Origin: an uncultured Acidobacteriota bacterium
GTDB lineage: Bacteria; Acidobacteriota; Thermoanaerobaculia; Gp7-AA8
NCBI GenBank assembly: GCA_963741955.1
Contig: CAVUKB010000001.1
Location: forward strand, 320,001 to 384,000
Reading direction: 5' to 3'
Length of the DNA stretch: 64,000 nt
The notes beneath the pieces are model-generated. The model ran no database searches, was not told where the DNA came from, and was given only the letters and a program-made list of their open reading frames with translations. The translations under genes and the position numbers were made by a program. Numbering within the stretch: position 1 is the stretch's first letter; every line of letters starts with the position of its first letter. Shown here in pieces: positions 62,659 through 64,000 of this stretch.

Positions 62659-63363
62659 ATGAGCGAAAACGTGATGACCGATGATTCGTCGCACTACGAG
62701 ATTTCCCTGACGGCAGGACAGGCGTTCATCGCCTTCATCCTTCTGCTCCTCTCGCTCGGTGCCTGCTTCGCGTTCGGTGTGATCGTCGGCCGCGGCGACG
62801 ACGACCAGCGGATGGCGTCGGTCCGGGAAGCGGCGGTGACGGAAGCGTCGGCGACGCCGGCCACGACGCCGGTCGAAGAAGTCGCTCCACCGCAGGACTT
62901 CACGAATGGACAAACCGCCTCGAGCCGGGAGACGGTGCCTCCTCCGATCATCGTCGAGAGGCACGAGACCGACCGCAGCCGCGCAGCGGCGCCCGCGGCG
63001 AGCACTCCTCGGCCGGAGCGGTCGCAGGTCGAGCGCGTCCCCGTGACCCCGGACGCAGCGGCTTCGACAGCGGGCTCGCCCTCTTCTGCCCAACCGGCGC
63101 CTCCGCAGGCTGCGAAGGATCTCACCCCGGCAGTCCCGCACTATGCTCAACTCCTCTCCACGTCGGACAAGACGGCGGCCGAGGCTCTCGCAGCGCGCCT
63201 GATCAACGACGGATTCGACTCCGCGTACGTCGAGCGGGCGAAGGTGGCAGAGGGAATGCTCTACCGGGTGCGGGTGAAGTTTGCCTCGGAGGCCCAGGCG
63301 CGGGCAGCCGTACCGTCACTCCAGCGCTACACGAAGAATGAAATCTGGGTGACGAAGCAGTAA
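62659..63363 (+). CDS. SPOR domain protein (FtsN/DedD-like architecture)
   Basis: TM helix, Pro/Ala linker, C-terminal AQL..YRVRV SPOR domain. Confidence 0.8.
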   Translation: MSENVMTDDSSHYEISLTAGQAFIAFILLLLSLGACFAFGVIVGRGDDDQRMASVREAAVTEASATPATTPVEEVAPPQDFTNGQTASSRETVPPPIIVERHETDRSRAAAPAASTPRPERSQVERVPVTPDAAASTAGSPSSAQPAPPQAAKDLTPAVPHYAQLLSTSDKTAAEALAARLINDGFDSAYVERAKVAEGMLYRVRVKFASEAQARAAVPSLQRYTKNEIWVTKQ

Positions 63364-63481
63364 ATCAGCCTCCGAAGCATTAGAGTATTACGTTCCGGGC
63401 CCGCCCGGGCCGGCGACCGTCGTTTCTTTCGCATCCATCGAAGCGACCTGGATGCCGGGCAGCAGGACCTCGACAAAGAAA

Positions 63482-64000
63482 ATGCCGGACCACAAGAACA
63501 GAAACCAGCAGTCGGAGAATCTCCGCCGCTCTCAGGCGCGCAAGCGCTCCTCGGTCGACCCGGTGCAGATCCTCGACCGCTCGATCTACCACCTCTGGGA
63601 GACCATCAACGATCTCGAGCAGATCCAGCCCGAGCACGTGGAGCACTTCCGGGTCTCGATTTTCGGGAGTAGCCGGATCCGCCGCGGAGACCCGATCTAC
63701 GACGACGTGAAACGGCTCAGTGCCGAGCTCGCGAAGCTCGGCTACGACATCGTGACCGGCGGAGGGCCGGGTCTGATGGAAGCGGCGAACTCCGGCGCAG
63801 TGGAGGGACAGGGCGAGAGTCATTCCCGCTCGTTCGGTCTTCCGATCCATCTCCCGAGTGAGGAGACCGCGAATCCCTTCGTCGACCGGGTCTACCGCCA
63901 CCGGACGTTTTTTTCGAGGCTGCATCATTTCGTCCGGCTCTCGTCGGCCTTCGTCGTCTTTCCCGGCGGCATCGGAACGGGGCTGGAGACGTTCATGATC
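63482..64000 (+). CDS. LOG family nucleotide monophosphate nucleosidase (partial)
   Basis: Manual translation: VSIFGSSR, VTGGGPGLMEAAN, FPGGIGT; runs off the window end. Confidence 0.88.
   Translation, partial: MPDHKNRNQQSENLRRSQARKRSSVDPVQILDRSIYHLWETINDLEQIQPEHVEHFRVSIFGSSRIRRGDPIYDDVKRLSAELAKLGYDIVTGGGPGLMEAANSGAVEGQGESHSRSFGLPIHLPSEETANPFVDRVYRHRTFFSRLHHFVRLSSAFVVFPGGIGTGLETFMI

Noticed and set aside
63380-63928. 182-aa minus-strand ORF
   Set aside because: Antisense to the LOG-family gene on the plus strand.

Overview
GC-rich bacterial chromosome segment, mostly housekeeping genes. The gene content (DUF4388 proteins, hopanoid genes, Rho with a long N-terminal extension) fits an Acidobacteriota-like organism, but that is inference only. 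Left to right: (1) part of an aryl-polyene-like type II PKS/FAS cluster (AMP ligase, flavin halogenase-like enzyme, ACP, dehydratase, KS, chain-length factor, GT2); (2) a CDP-alcohol phosphatidyltransferase, a CRP regulator and a MinD/FlhG-like ATPase; (3) tRNA-Lys, tRNA-Leu, tig-clpP-clpX-lon-engB-rho, PBP1b, mlaEFD, ugd-uxs, purA, hutH, a cysteine dioxygenase and kbl; (4) a ~15 kb hopanoid region: dxs (with an unusual DTSNQ motif)-ispH-shc-hpnH-hpnA-hpnG-squalene synthase, facing an operon of hpnK, hpnI fused to a YkoP-like domain, an HpnL-like membrane protein and a GT4; (5) lolC/E-like permease, carA, methylmalonyl-CoA mutase, DUF4388, ybeY-phoH-rsmD, a tRNA nucleotidyltransferase, GGDEF-DUF4388-TPR lipoprotein-SPOR and a partial LOG gene. 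Intergenic regions hold three MITE-like hairpin elements (two directly abutting) and several 7-, 9- and 11-nt tandem repeats. No CRISPR array, rRNA, integrase or transposase was seen. All calls come from motif recognition; no database searches were run.
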